DNA from: Dehalococcoidia bacterium
GTDB lineage: Bacteria > Chloroflexota > Dehalococcoidia > Lucifugimonadales > Lucifugimonadaceae
Length of the DNA stretch: 64,000 nt
Direction: 5' to 3'
Assembly (NCBI GenBank): GCA_029940375.1
Contig: JAPYUX010000001.1
Span: 184,362 to 248,361 of the forward strand
The position numbers and the translations under genes were made by a program. Position 1 is the first letter of the stretch. The number at the start of each line of letters is the position of its first letter. The notes beneath the pieces are model-generated. The model made no database searches, was not told the DNA's origin, and saw nothing but the letters and a program-made list of their open reading frames with translations. Positions 20,117-30,005 of this stretch are shown here, piece after piece.

Positions 20117-20521
20117 ATGGACAATAATACTCAGAAATTTATATTTGTACAGAACCAAATTTCCATAATTTTGCTTGGTTGGGGATTAATATCTTTATTG
20201 ATGGGTGCAACATTATTTTATTTTAATAATGACTTTATTAGAGGAATCGGAACTCAATTTCTTGCCTGGGGTCTTGGGAATTCTTTAATTGGAATGTTTA
20301 TAATCATAAGAAAATCACAGTACAGCTCAAAAAAACTGGTGAAAATATTGTTATTTAACTCTTTTTTAGATTTGATTTATTTATTAATTGCAATAGTTTT
20401 AATTTTTGAGATATTTATAAATGGTGATTCCGCAGTTGGGCATGGATTTGGAGTACTGTTTCAAGGCTTCTTTTTATTAATTTTCGACACGTATTATGGT
20501 ATAAGAATTTTGAGAATTTAA
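20117..20521 (+). CDS. Integral membrane protein (4 predicted TM), unknown function
   Basis: Hydrophobic segments throughout the 134 aa ORF. Confidence 0.5.
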   Translation: MDNNTQKFIFVQNQISIILLGWGLISLLMGATLFYFNNDFIRGIGTQFLAWGLGNSLIGMFIIIRKSQYSSKKLVKILLFNSFLDLIYLLIAIVLIFEIFINGDSAVGHGFGVLFQGFFLLIFDTYYGIRILRI

Positions 20522-20525
20522 ATTT

Positions 20526-21041
20526 CTATTTATTTAAACCTCTTATCATACCTCTTATATAGGCCATTTGGCCTAAATGTTGCGACTCTTCAACTATTAC
20601 GTGCCCCAAAATCCATTTACCTGTGACTTTTCCTCTTGAAGGGGAAGAGTATGAATTTTTTAAATCCTCAGAGTTTAAATTTTCTATTACCTTAAAAATC
20701 TCTACTCTTTCCTCATTGTAGTAGTTTAGTAATTTACACATCTCCAATTTTGGCATTTTTGATATATCTTCTTTATTGTATCCTTTACCATAATCTTCCT
20801 GATCTACTCCAAATTTTTCATTCCAATTATGTTTATCCCAAACTGTTTCTTTACCTCCAATAATAGAATTGATCCATCTGTCTTCTACTCTAGCCATATG
20901 CCATACCAACCAAGTAATATGATTTGATTCTAGCGAAGGTTGCCAATATAACTCAGACTCTGTAAGTCCGTTTAAACATTTAAGTAATCCTTCAAAATAT
21001 TCACTTAAAGCAGACTTGATAGATTCTTTAAATTCATTCAT
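20526..21041 (-). CDS. DinB-superfamily (DinB_2-like) four-helix-bundle protein
   Basis: …ITWLVWHMARVEDRW… and C-terminal …VIVEESQHLGQMAYIRG… His-containing helices typical of DinB fold. Confidence 0.7.
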   Translation of the reverse strand: MNEFKESIKSALSEYFEGLLKCLNGLTESELYWQPSLESNHITWLVWHMARVEDRWINSIIGGKETVWDKHNWNEKFGVDQEDYGKGYNKEDISKMPKLEMCKLLNYYNEERVEIFKVIENLNSEDLKNSYSSPSRGKVTGKWILGHVIVEESQHLGQMAYIRGMIRGLNK

Positions 21042-21056
21042 TTGTTCCTCCTAAAG

Positions 21057-21854
21057 TTAATACGAATTCTCAATATGATTATTTGATTTTTTAATTTTTT
21101 TGGTCCACAAGTTTTCAAGTGAATACTTTGGTCTCCATCCCAAAATATCGAAAGTTTTAGAGCTATTAAATTTATTATGAGGTGTCATAGGACTTATAAA
21201 AAAAGTTTCGGAATTTGACTGTAATTTTGATTTGTCTATTTCAACTGCACATCTTACAGCCTCTCCACAGTCAATCCAAGAGGTAGTAAAAGGAACCATA
21301 TCATTGTGTAAAACAGCTTTTTCTTCATTTGGGGTGGTAAGATCGTAGTGATGTCTCATATTGTAATACAGAAGAGTTATGAGATTTATCCCGAAATAAT
21401 CTGCATATCTTTTTGCTATTTCTTGACCCAAAAATTTACTTATTGCATAAAGTCTGGTCCCTGGTTGAGGAGGCATTTCTGGATTTAAATTAAAATCCCA
21501 TTCCTCATATGATTGTCCTACCATTTGAAAGTGAGGGCCAGTATTTATAACCCTTTTAATATTATGAATTTTTGCAGCATTCATCATGCTATAATTTCCT
21601 TTTGTAGAAACATCAAATGCAAGTTTTCTATCATGTCTTAGAACAGAAAGATTGATTATACAATCCATCCCTTCAGCAGCATTTATAACACCATTTATAT
21701 CGTCAACACTCAATTTTAAAAAGTCACCTTGATATTTTTTTGGAGGTTCATTTATATCTGTTAGTAATAATTGATGTTTGTTTTTCAATGCTTTAACAAC
21801 CCATGGCCCGAGCATTCCTGTTCCTCCCAATATAAGAATTTTCATTTTATTCAA
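21057..21854 (-). CDS. NAD-dependent epimerase/dehydratase family protein
   Basis: N-terminal ILILGGTGMLGPWVV Rossmann motif; YAISKFLGQ (YxxxK). Confidence 0.8.
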   Translation of the reverse strand: MNKMKILILGGTGMLGPWVVKALKNKHQLLLTDINEPPKKYQGDFLKLSVDDINGVINAAEGMDCIINLSVLRHDRKLAFDVSTKGNYSMMNAAKIHNIKRVINTGPHFQMVGQSYEEWDFNLNPEMPPQPGTRLYAISKFLGQEIAKRYADYFGINLITLLYYNMRHHYDLTTPNEEKAVLHNDMVPFTTSWIDCGEAVRCAVEIDKSKLQSNSETFFISPMTPHNKFNSSKTFDILGWRPKYSLENLWTKKIKKSNNHIENSY

Positions 21855-22537
21855 ACTCCTATCAAATTATCAATTTTATTAGTTAAAAATTTTTGACCTT
21901 CAAATGTATCTTGTAAGTGGAAATTAATCCAGTTAGGTCCTTTTTTTCTCGCAGAAAAAAAAGGATTTTTTGTCTGTTTTAACTCTTCTGAACTAAAATC
22001 TAAATTTATCATTAAATTAATGCTTTTCTTAAGTTTTTCTTCTGATAGTCTTATATCACTATTTTCTCTCAGATCTCCTAACCTTAGATTTATTACTTGA
22101 AATACTTGATCTCGAGCGAATTCTTTACATACTTTTTCTGACAAATTTGCACATAAAAGTTCTGGTTGATCCAATGGAAATTTAGTTTCCCAATTTTCAC
22201 TAACAGTAAGATTAGCTTCATAATCTTTGTACAATTCCAAAGTAGAAATAGATATAACTTTTTCTACATTTTTTACCCCAGCAGCAAAAAGCAAATCGTA
22301 AGTTATTCTAGTGTGATAATCAATAAGCTCCATTTCATCTTTTGCTGAAAACCCTTTAAAACCTATATGAACATAAACATCAATTTTTTCAAAAAGTTTT
22401 TCCAGTTCTTTTGACTTTGAATAAATTAAATCTTTGCCGTTAATAAATTTTATATTATGTGAAACTAGACAATTCGAAAGTATTTTGGCAATTGATGAAC
22501 CATTTGAAGAAATCAGTATATTTTTTTTCTTTTCCAT
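21851..22537 (-). CDS. Hypothetical protein, epimerase-like fold with degenerate nucleotide-binding motif
   Basis: NILISSNGSSIAKIL where a GxxGxxG would sit; ATGA-type 4-nt overlap with the downstream epimerase gene. Confidence 0.5.
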   Translation of the reverse strand: MEKKKNILISSNGSSIAKILSNCLVSHNIKFINGKDLIYSKSKELEKLFEKIDVYVHIGFKGFSAKDEMELIDYHTRITYDLLFAAGVKNVEKVISISTLELYKDYEANLTVSENWETKFPLDQPELLCANLSEKVCKEFARDQVFQVINLRLGDLRENSDIRLSEEKLKKSINLMINLDFSSEELKQTKNPFFSARKKGPNWINFHLQDTFEGQKFLTNKIDNLIGV

Positions 22538-22611
22538 TATGAATTTTTCTTATTTAGTTGTTTAATAGTAACTGTAACAACAAATCTTTCAAATATTTAA
22601 AGGAATGTTTA

Positions 22612-23367
22612 ATGAATAAAAACGAATTTGAAAAAATTAAAAATATAGAAAGACCACAAAAAGAATTGATTGAAAAATTAAAAAAAGTAGGAACAGCCAC
22701 TGCTTCAGGTGAACTAAATAGATTAGGGATAAAGGATTGTTTTATACAAGGTCCAGTATCATGGACTCCTGGTAAAGTGATAGCAGGTCCAGCAATCACT
22801 TTACAATTTTTGCCTATTAGAGAAGATGTATTTCAAGATAATCAAGAGATGGATCCAGAGCTTCAATACCATAGACATGCGTTGTACATAGCCGAAAAAG
22901 GAGATGTAGTGGTAGTAGACGCAAGAGGAAATTTAAGAAGTGGAGTTTTTGGAGAAATGATGCTTACTTATTTTCAAGGAAAAGGAGGTGAAGGTATAGT
23001 AGTTGATGGAGCTATTAGAGATTATACTAACGCTAAAGACCTAGATTTAGGAATGTGGCTTCGTGGTGTTACTCCTAATTATCATACACAGACTTCAATA
23101 TTCCCTAATGCTGTAAATATTCCAATTGCTTGTGGAGGAGTACTTGTAAATCCTGGAGATATTATTGTTGCGGATGATGATGGTGCAGTGGTTGTTCCAA
23201 AGACTTTGGCCGAGCAGTTAGCAGAAAATGCTTCAGGTCACTCAGAATGGGAGATCTTCGCTCGAAAAAAATTATCAGAAGGGGGAGAATTGAAAGATTT
23301 TTATCCTAGAAAAGCCTGGTCAAATGAAACTGAAAAAGAGTATGAAACATGGTTAAATAACAAATGA
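22612..23367 (+). CDS. RraA-like / 4-hydroxy-4-methyl-2-oxoglutarate (HMG/CHA) aldolase family protein
   Basis: …GEMMLTYFQGKGGEGIVVDGAIRD… and …PGDIIVADDDGAVVVP…; start moved to ATG 22612 (AGGAA 6 nt upstream) rather than TTG 22558. Confidence 0.8.
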   Translation: MNKNEFEKIKNIERPQKELIEKLKKVGTATASGELNRLGIKDCFIQGPVSWTPGKVIAGPAITLQFLPIREDVFQDNQEMDPELQYHRHALYIAEKGDVVVVDARGNLRSGVFGEMMLTYFQGKGGEGIVVDGAIRDYTNAKDLDLGMWLRGVTPNYHTQTSIFPNAVNIPIACGGVLVNPGDIIVADDDGAVVVPKTLAEQLAENASGHSEWEIFARKKLSEGGELKDFYPRKAWSNETEKEYETWLNNK

Positions 23368-23479
23368 TCATGCTTACCTTTTCCTGATGTACAATCACAC
23401 GATCATAACACAATGTTTAATTCTCTGATAACATAAACCATTAATAAAAATCTAATTAAAAGTATCTTGAAGGTAAAAT

Positions 23480-24628
23480 ATGAAAATCACCAAAATTACT
23501 CCTTTTGCTGCAGAGTATGGGCAAACATCCAAAAGCAAATTGGGTAGCAAGTGGATATTTTTAAAAATGGAAACGGATGAAGGTATTCATGGTTGGGGAG
23601 AAGTAGGTTCTCCTGCAGCGGTTAGCGAAAATTTTATGGCTACTGCTATCAAAGAAGTTTCTGAAAACCTTATAGGTGAAAACCCAATGGATACTGATCG
23701 GTTATGGAATAAAATTTTTCGTCTTTTTTCTTATATGGGGTCTAGAGGGTTTACAACTTCATTAACCGCTGGTTTTGATATAGCTTTGTGGGATATAAAA
23801 GGGAAAGTAAGTGGACTTCCGATATATGATTTACTTGGGGGAAGATATAGAGATCCGGTAAGGCTTTACTGTAATGCTTGGTTTCCAGATTGTTCGACTC
23901 CTGAAGATTACGCAAAGGCTGCGAAAGCTAATTTAGTTGAAAACGGACACAGTGCATGTAAACTTGATCCATTTCTAGAAATGACTCAATTTCATACCAT
24001 GTATCAGGATGGCTTTATATCACAAGAAGGAGAACAATTAGGATACGATATAGTTGCTGCAGTAAGGGAAGTGGTAGGTCCATCTTTTGAAATTTTGATA
24101 GATGCTCATGGACATTACAATGTCCCTAATGCTATTAGATTATCTAATAATCTTTTTGAACAATCCAATATAGCTTGGTTTGAAGAACCAGTTCCACCAG
24201 AAGGAATAAATGCCTTAAAACAAGTAAAAGAAAATACTAATGCACCAATTTGCGTTGGAGAAAGACTTTATACTAGAGCAGACTTTATTCCAATTCTTGA
24301 AAATAATCTTGCAGATTATATTATGCCTGATACTATCTGGACGGGTGGTATCTCTGAAATAAAGAAAATTGCTACAATGGCTGAGGCATATTATATTCCT
24401 ATAACTCCTCACGTTATTCCGGGTGGACCAATAGAATTGATATCTGCCGCGCATGTAGTAAGTTCTGTTCCGAATTTTTATAGATTGGAACACTCCCATG
24501 TTTTTATTCCTGAACATAATAATTACTTAGAGGAACCTTATTTGATTAAAGAAGGACATATTCATTTAAATGATAAACCAGGACTTGGGTTTGAATTAGA
24601 TGAAACTAAACTTGACAAATTAATATAA
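23480..24628 (+). CDS. Enolase-superfamily enzyme (mandelate racemase-like dehydratase)
   Basis: …EGIHGWGE…, …FDIALWDIKGK…PIYDLLGG…, …FEEP…, …PDTIWTGGISEIKKI…. Confidence 0.85.
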   Translation: MKITKITPFAAEYGQTSKSKLGSKWIFLKMETDEGIHGWGEVGSPAAVSENFMATAIKEVSENLIGENPMDTDRLWNKIFRLFSYMGSRGFTTSLTAGFDIALWDIKGKVSGLPIYDLLGGRYRDPVRLYCNAWFPDCSTPEDYAKAAKANLVENGHSACKLDPFLEMTQFHTMYQDGFISQEGEQLGYDIVAAVREVVGPSFEILIDAHGHYNVPNAIRLSNNLFEQSNIAWFEEPVPPEGINALKQVKENTNAPICVGERLYTRADFIPILENNLADYIMPDTIWTGGISEIKKIATMAEAYYIPITPHVIPGGPIELISAAHVVSSVPNFYRLEHSHVFIPEHNNYLEEPYLIKEGHIHLNDKPGLGFELDETKLDKLI

Positions 24629-24636
24629 AAGCAGGA

Positions 24637-25317
24637 ATGAGAATGAAAATAATTTTATCGGGAATAGAGTATGTTGGAACAACCACAATTGCAAATTTAT
24701 TGAAAGAATGGAAAGTTAAAACGACCGGAACTCCGTTTTATGATAATAATTTACATGATCATATGAAAATTCCACACACTTCAGGACATCCGGATGATAC
24801 AACTCCAGAAGAACAACAACAGATTTTAAACTTATCACCAAAGCTAAAAGAAATGTATCACAGATATCATATGTATTATCATTTACATCATTATTTTCAA
24901 AGAGATGACTTAACTGTGGGTTTTCATATCGAGGAAGCTGTATTAGCTAGAAGATATTTTGGTTATGGCTTAAATGATGAAACATTCGATAGAGAAAATG
25001 TAGTTTTCGATAGAATTGAAGACAGGATTAAGCAAATTACATCTGATCCGATTATAACTGTTCATATGAAAGCAGATGTGTCAGTGATTGAAGAAAGAAT
25101 GAAAGTATTAAAAGATAATCCAGAACATTCTAATAGCCCTTTGATAAAAAAAGACATAAAAAGTGTAATGAATGATTATAAACATTTTGTATATAAAAGT
25201 AATATTGGTCCTAAGGTTGAAGTTGATACAACAGTAGATACTCCAGAAGAAACATTAAATAAAGTGGTCGAGTTGATCAAGCCACATCTAAGCAAAGAAG
25301 ATTTAAATAATCAATAA
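24637..25317 (+). CDS. P-loop-kinase-like protein with Walker-A lysine replaced (GIEYVGTTT)
   Basis: KIILSGIEYVGTTTIANLL occupies the Walker-A position; DNA reads gga aca acc aca; remainder His-rich, no family recognised. Confidence 0.5.
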   Translation: MRMKIILSGIEYVGTTTIANLLKEWKVKTTGTPFYDNNLHDHMKIPHTSGHPDDTTPEEQQQILNLSPKLKEMYHRYHMYYHLHHYFQRDDLTVGFHIEEAVLARRYFGYGLNDETFDRENVVFDRIEDRIKQITSDPIITVHMKADVSVIEERMKVLKDNPEHSNSPLIKKDIKSVMNDYKHFVYKSNIGPKVEVDTTVDTPEETLNKVVELIKPHLSKEDLNNQ

Positions 25318-25336
25318 TATTGAAAGGATAAAAAAA

Positions 25337-26434
25337 ATGTTCACTAATTACAAAATCAATGATATCGAAAAATTTGAAACACCTGAGCACCTGATATTTG
25401 AGTCAAAAGTCAATCACAACATTTCAACATTAATTTCTATGGTTCAAGATGTTAATAGATTAGTTCCACATGCAAAGACACATAAGTCTAAAGAAATGTT
25501 GAATCATTTAATTGATAGAGGAATTACTAGACATAAAACTTCAACTATAAATGAACTAGAAATTTTAGGAGAATGTGAACCACAAGAGCTGATTTTATCA
25601 TATCCAATAGCCTCAAAAATCAAAGCCCAAAGACTTCAAAAGATAATAAATAAATTTCCTAAAACAAATTATTCTTCAATAGTTTCATCCATTTATCACG
25701 TTGAATTACTAAATGATTTAGAAGGAATCCATGGAGTATATATCGATTTAGATACAGGGATGCATAGAACAGGAGTTTCTATAAATGAACTAGATGATTT
25801 ACTTGATTTTATTATGAGTAAAAGTAATTTAGATTTGCGAGGAATTCATGCTTACGATGGCCATATGCATGCAGTTAAAAATGACGAGATAAGATCAAGC
25901 CTTGCAGCGCAAACACTGAAAGATATAAGAAAACTACAAGAAAAGATCTACTCAGCTTATAAATTTGAAACCTACGATATTATAGTTGGAGGATCTTGGT
26001 CTTTTCATTTTTATCTTGACCAAAAGGATATTAAACTTTCACCAGGAACTTGGATCTATTGGGATGCAACAAATGCGGAACAAAAAGAATTAGATTTTCA
26101 AATTGCTGGAGTAGTCTTAGGTCAAGTAGTTGATAATAATGAATACGAAGGAACGGCAACTATCGATATAGGTGCGAAAGCCATTTCTTGTGACCCTCCC
26201 ACAGAAAAAAGACTTAAATTAATCGATAAACCCAATGCAATTCTGGTTCACCAAAATGAAGAACACGGTGTAATTAAATTAAATGGGGAAACCTTAAATA
26301 TTGGTGATTATGTTTTGGCAGAACCAGGGCATGCGTGTACAGTAACTCCAAAATATTCTCATGCAATAAAAATAGATGCAAATGGGGATATATCAGGTAA
26401 AATAAATTCGGATGCAAGAGACAGAAAAATCTAA
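25337..26434 (+). CDS. PLP-dependent D-serine dehydratase-like / D-threonine aldolase-like enzyme (alanine-racemase N-terminal fold)
   Basis: PLP-lysine block VPHAKTHKSKE (PHxKTHK); length 365 aa. Confidence 0.75.
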   Translation: MFTNYKINDIEKFETPEHLIFESKVNHNISTLISMVQDVNRLVPHAKTHKSKEMLNHLIDRGITRHKTSTINELEILGECEPQELILSYPIASKIKAQRLQKIINKFPKTNYSSIVSSIYHVELLNDLEGIHGVYIDLDTGMHRTGVSINELDDLLDFIMSKSNLDLRGIHAYDGHMHAVKNDEIRSSLAAQTLKDIRKLQEKIYSAYKFETYDIIVGGSWSFHFYLDQKDIKLSPGTWIYWDATNAEQKELDFQIAGVVLGQVVDNNEYEGTATIDIGAKAISCDPPTEKRLKLIDKPNAILVHQNEEHGVIKLNGETLNIGDYVLAEPGHACTVTPKYSHAIKIDANGDISGKINSDARDRKI

Positions 26435-27362
26435 ATTTATCAATTCAGTATTAGGTCCTATAGATATAAATACTTTAGGATTTACTCTTTCGCATGAACA
26501 TGTATTAACAGCATCAGCTGGATTAGGAATTTCTTACCCTAAATTAATTGATAAAAATGATTTAATTTCTCGAGCCACTAAAGAATTTATTAAATTGAAA
26601 TCATCTGGGATAAATTCAATTATCGATGTGACTACTATGGACCTTGGTAGAGATGTTGAAATATTAAGGGAAGTGTCTATTAATTCTCATGTCAATATAA
26701 TTTGTGCTACAGGAACTTGGAGAGATATCCCTCGATCTTTTTGGTATTTACGGCCATCCCAAATCGCAAAATTATATATCGATGAAATAAATAAAGGTAT
26801 TGATCAAACACAAATAAAAGCAGGGATAATTAAGGTAGCAAATGATTCTGAAGGAATAACTAAAGAAGGTGAAATTATTTTGAAATCAGCATCAATAACT
26901 TGTAAGGAAACCGGAGTGCCAATATCAACTCATTCGTATGCTAGATATAAGATTGGACTGGAGCAAATACTTATGTTCAATTCTGAAAATGTCGATATGA
27001 ATAAAGTTTATATAGGCCATAGTAATGATTCAACTGATGTTGATTATTTGGAAGATATTATACAACGTGGTGCCTGGCTTGGGTTAGATAGATTACCTGG
27101 AAGAAATCCTGATTGGAAGGAGAGGGCAGACGTTACTTTTCAACTAATTAACAGAGGTCTAGAAGATAAAATCATGCTTGGTCATGACTGGAATTATAAA
27201 TCCTTAATTTCAAATTTAAGTGAGCAAGAGAGACAATCAACCAATCCTGAAGGTTTTTTATTTATCAAAAACAAATTTATACCTTTATTACAATCAATGG
27301 GAGTAAGTGAAAAATCAATAAGAAAAATTATGATAGATAATCCTAGGAAATTTTTTTCCTAA
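26412..27362 (+). CDS. Phosphotriesterase-family (PTE/Php) amidohydrolase, second paralog
   Basis: LGFTLSHEHVL HxH motif; …YIGHSND…, …MLGHDW…. Confidence 0.8.
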   Translation: MQETEKSKFINSVLGPIDINTLGFTLSHEHVLTASAGLGISYPKLIDKNDLISRATKEFIKLKSSGINSIIDVTTMDLGRDVEILREVSINSHVNIICATGTWRDIPRSFWYLRPSQIAKLYIDEINKGIDQTQIKAGIIKVANDSEGITKEGEIILKSASITCKETGVPISTHSYARYKIGLEQILMFNSENVDMNKVYIGHSNDSTDVDYLEDIIQRGAWLGLDRLPGRNPDWKERADVTFQLINRGLEDKIMLGHDWNYKSLISNLSEQERQSTNPEGFLFIKNKFIPLLQSMGVSEKSIRKIMIDNPRKFFS

Positions 27363-27367
27363 TTGGC

Positions 27368-28447
27368 TCATTCCCACTTGAAAGTCTTTATTCCAATAAT
27401 AAAACAAACTATTATCCATAGGATGATAACCCCTACTTCTGGCAATAATTCTAGTGTGTTTGTTCCATAAAGTGAAGATTCACGCATTCCTGTAACTAGT
27501 GGAGACAATGGTAAGTTTTGGCCTATGATTTTAATCCAATAAGGTAAAACATCGTTTTCAAAAAATACTCCTGATAAGAACATCATTGGAAAAGTAATCA
27601 AATTTGCGATAGGAGCAGCGTAATCTTCATTGGGAGATGCTCCAGATATTGCTAGACCTATAATCAAAAAAAGAATTGATCCAAGTAATGAGAATATTAG
27701 AATGTTAACCCAGGCTAAAATACTACCTTGCCCTATATTGATATTTAGTACTAGGATCCCAATGATAAATAATAAAATAGTTTGTATCGTTATAATTACT
27801 AATCTGCTAGCTAATTGACCTATTAAAAAATGAGCTGAAGATATTGGAGTAGCTTGTAAGCGTCTTAATACACCCTGAGTTTTATAGCTTATCAAGGTAA
27901 ATACTACTCCTAAAATCCCACTTTGCATTATGGCTAGTGAAACTATTCCTGGAACTAAAAATCCTTTATACCCTTGATTACTATTATTTTGTATTTTTGA
28001 TGAGAGCTTTTGAGTATTATTGTTTACATTTTCCGAATCAATTGTTTCTATAACCGAGTTTATGGTATCTTCAAACGAATGGGAAATAATTTCTTTTGAT
28101 TCTTCAAATTCAAGGATAATCTTTACTTCATTGTTGTGATTATAATTATCAGGTATGACTAGTACACTATCAATTTTTCCTTCCAAAACTTTTTTATCAA
28201 ATTTTTCTCTAGTATTTATTTCGATTTCGATATATTTTTTTTCAGAAATAGCTTTAATTAATTCTTTGGAATATTGATTTTTTGCACCGTCAATTATTCC
28301 TAATTTTGAAGGTGAAAATTCTCCAAAGCCATAGAATCCTAACCCAATCATCAATACTACAGGAAAAAACAGAGACCAAAATAATGATTGTGATCGCCTA
28401 AAATACATTTTCATAGTTGCTATTGCAATTATAAGAGAGATTTTCAT
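27368..28447 (-). CDS. ABC-2 type transporter permease
   Basis: N-terminal TM, large extracytoplasmic loop, 5 C-terminal TM; 1-nt overlap with upstream ATPase gene. Confidence 0.8.
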   Translation of the reverse strand: MKISLIIAIATMKMYFRRSQSLFWSLFFPVVLMIGLGFYGFGEFSPSKLGIIDGAKNQYSKELIKAISEKKYIEIEINTREKFDKKVLEGKIDSVLVIPDNYNHNNEVKIILEFEESKEIISHSFEDTINSVIETIDSENVNNNTQKLSSKIQNNSNQGYKGFLVPGIVSLAIMQSGILGVVFTLISYKTQGVLRRLQATPISSAHFLIGQLASRLVIITIQTILLFIIGILVLNINIGQGSILAWVNILIFSLLGSILFLIIGLAISGASPNEDYAAPIANLITFPMMFLSGVFFENDVLPYWIKIIGQNLPLSPLVTGMRESSLYGTNTLELLPEVGVIILWIIVCFIIGIKTFKWE

Positions 28448-29211
28448 TAATTTTCCCTCAAGTTTTTTCCAGTTAGATTCAGAAAAACATCTTCCAAGTT
28501 TGCTTCTTTTATTTTGTGTTCTCCTTTAAATCCTGAATTTAAAAGTTCCAATATCAAATTATTTGGAGTATCAATAGTAATTATCTTTCCTGTATCGATT
28601 ATTGCTACTCTGTCACACAATTCTTCTGCTTCTTCCATATAATGTGTTGTTAATATGATCGTTTTACCTTCTGATCTTATATTTTTTATTAATTCCCACA
28701 TATTCCTTCTAGCTTGAGGATCCAAACCTGTTGTGGGTTCGTCTAAAAAAAGTACTTTTGGTTCATTGACTAGGGCGACCGCAATAGACAATCTTTGTTT
28801 TTGACCTCCTGAAAGTGGCTTATAAAATGATCCAAATTTATCCTGAAGTCCGACTTTTCCTAAAATAGATTTTGCATCAATTTTTACCGAATAGAAAACT
28901 CCAAACATCTCAATGATTTCTACTAAAGTTAACTTGTCGAAAAATGCAGCTTGTTGAAGTTGAACTCCTATAATTTCTTTAACTTTTTTTGTCTCTTTTG
29001 AAACATTGATACCGTTTATCAAAGCTTCTCCTGAAGTTTGAGTTCTTATCCCCTCCAATATTTCTACTGTAGTTGTTTTACCTGCACCATTAGGGCCCAA
29101 CAATCCAAATATTTCACCTTCATTTACACTAAAATCTATTCCATTTACAGCAATAAAGTCGTCATATTTTTTAATTAGCTTTTCGACTCTAATAATTTCT
29201 TTTGAAGTCAT
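28447..29211 (-). CDS. ABC transporter ATP-binding protein
   Basis: Walker A GPNGAGKTT, signature LSGGQKQRL, Walker B LFLDEPT. Confidence 0.9.
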   Translation of the reverse strand: MTSKEIIRVEKLIKKYDDFIAVNGIDFSVNEGEIFGLLGPNGAGKTTTVEILEGIRTQTSGEALINGINVSKETKKVKEIIGVQLQQAAFFDKLTLVEIIEMFGVFYSVKIDAKSILGKVGLQDKFGSFYKPLSGGQKQRLSIAVALVNEPKVLFLDEPTTGLDPQARRNMWELIKNIRSEGKTIILTTHYMEEAEELCDRVAIIDTGKIITIDTPNNLILELLNSGFKGEHKIKEANLEDVFLNLTGKNLREN

Positions 29212-29213
29212 AT

Positions 29214-29999
29214 TTATTTGATTTTTCTAATCTTGCTTTGCCATTCAATTGCAGATTCTTGTAATAGAGAAAGCGCAGTTATTGATAATACTCTTGATCC
29301 CAATCTATGAAAATGTTCATATTCTTCAAAAAGTTTAGGTCCTGAATGAGTAGCTGCAGATATTTTCCCTTTATCTATAGTTCTTTTTACTACTAATTCA
29401 AGATTTTTATCTATTTCTTCTTTTTCTGGTAGTCCCATAGACAAGGCCATATCTGATGGTCCTAACCAAGTTGCATCAATGCCATCAACTGATAAAATTT
29501 CATCGATATTTTCAACAGCTTCTTGTGATTCAATTAAAGCAAATAAAATTGTATTATCATTTGCAAATTTATAATATTCTTCAGTTTTTTTTATTAAAGA
29601 ACCGTATTTATTATTTCTTCCTGTCCCATAGTTAGATCCTCTTTTCCCTAAAGGAGGATATTTAGCTGCATCTCTTGCCTTGATTGCATCTTCAATATTA
29701 TCAATGTGAGGAACTACTATACCTTTTGCTCCAGCATCCAACATTTTTAAAATCAGATATGGTTCATTTGCTGATACTCTTACAACAGGAGCAATGCCAT
29801 ATAAATCTGCAGCTCTTATCATATTTTCTGCTTCCGAATCAGTCATTGAGCCATGTTCACAGTCTATAAATACCCAATCAAAATCCATTGATCCAAAAAA
29901 TTCAACCATATGTGGAGAATTGATAGGTATATTAAGTCCTACTGCAGTTTTCCCTGATTTTATTTGACTAAGAATTTTATTGTATTCCATAATTTTCAC
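29214..29999 (-). CDS. HpcH/HpaI-family aldolase (2-keto-3-deoxy-acid aldolase)
   Basis: …DWVFIDCEHGS…, …VRV…, …IESQEAVENIDEI…. Confidence 0.85.
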   Translation of the reverse strand: MKIMEYNKILSQIKSGKTAVGLNIPINSPHMVEFFGSMDFDWVFIDCEHGSMTDSEAENMIRAADLYGIAPVVRVSANEPYLILKMLDAGAKGIVVPHIDNIEDAIKARDAAKYPPLGKRGSNYGTGRNNKYGSLIKKTEEYYKFANDNTILFALIESQEAVENIDEILSVDGIDATWLGPSDMALSMGLPEKEEIDKNLELVVKRTIDKGKISAATHSGPKLFEEYEHFHRLGSRVLSITALSLLQESAIEWQSKIRKIK

Positions 30000-30005
30000 C
30001 TCAAT

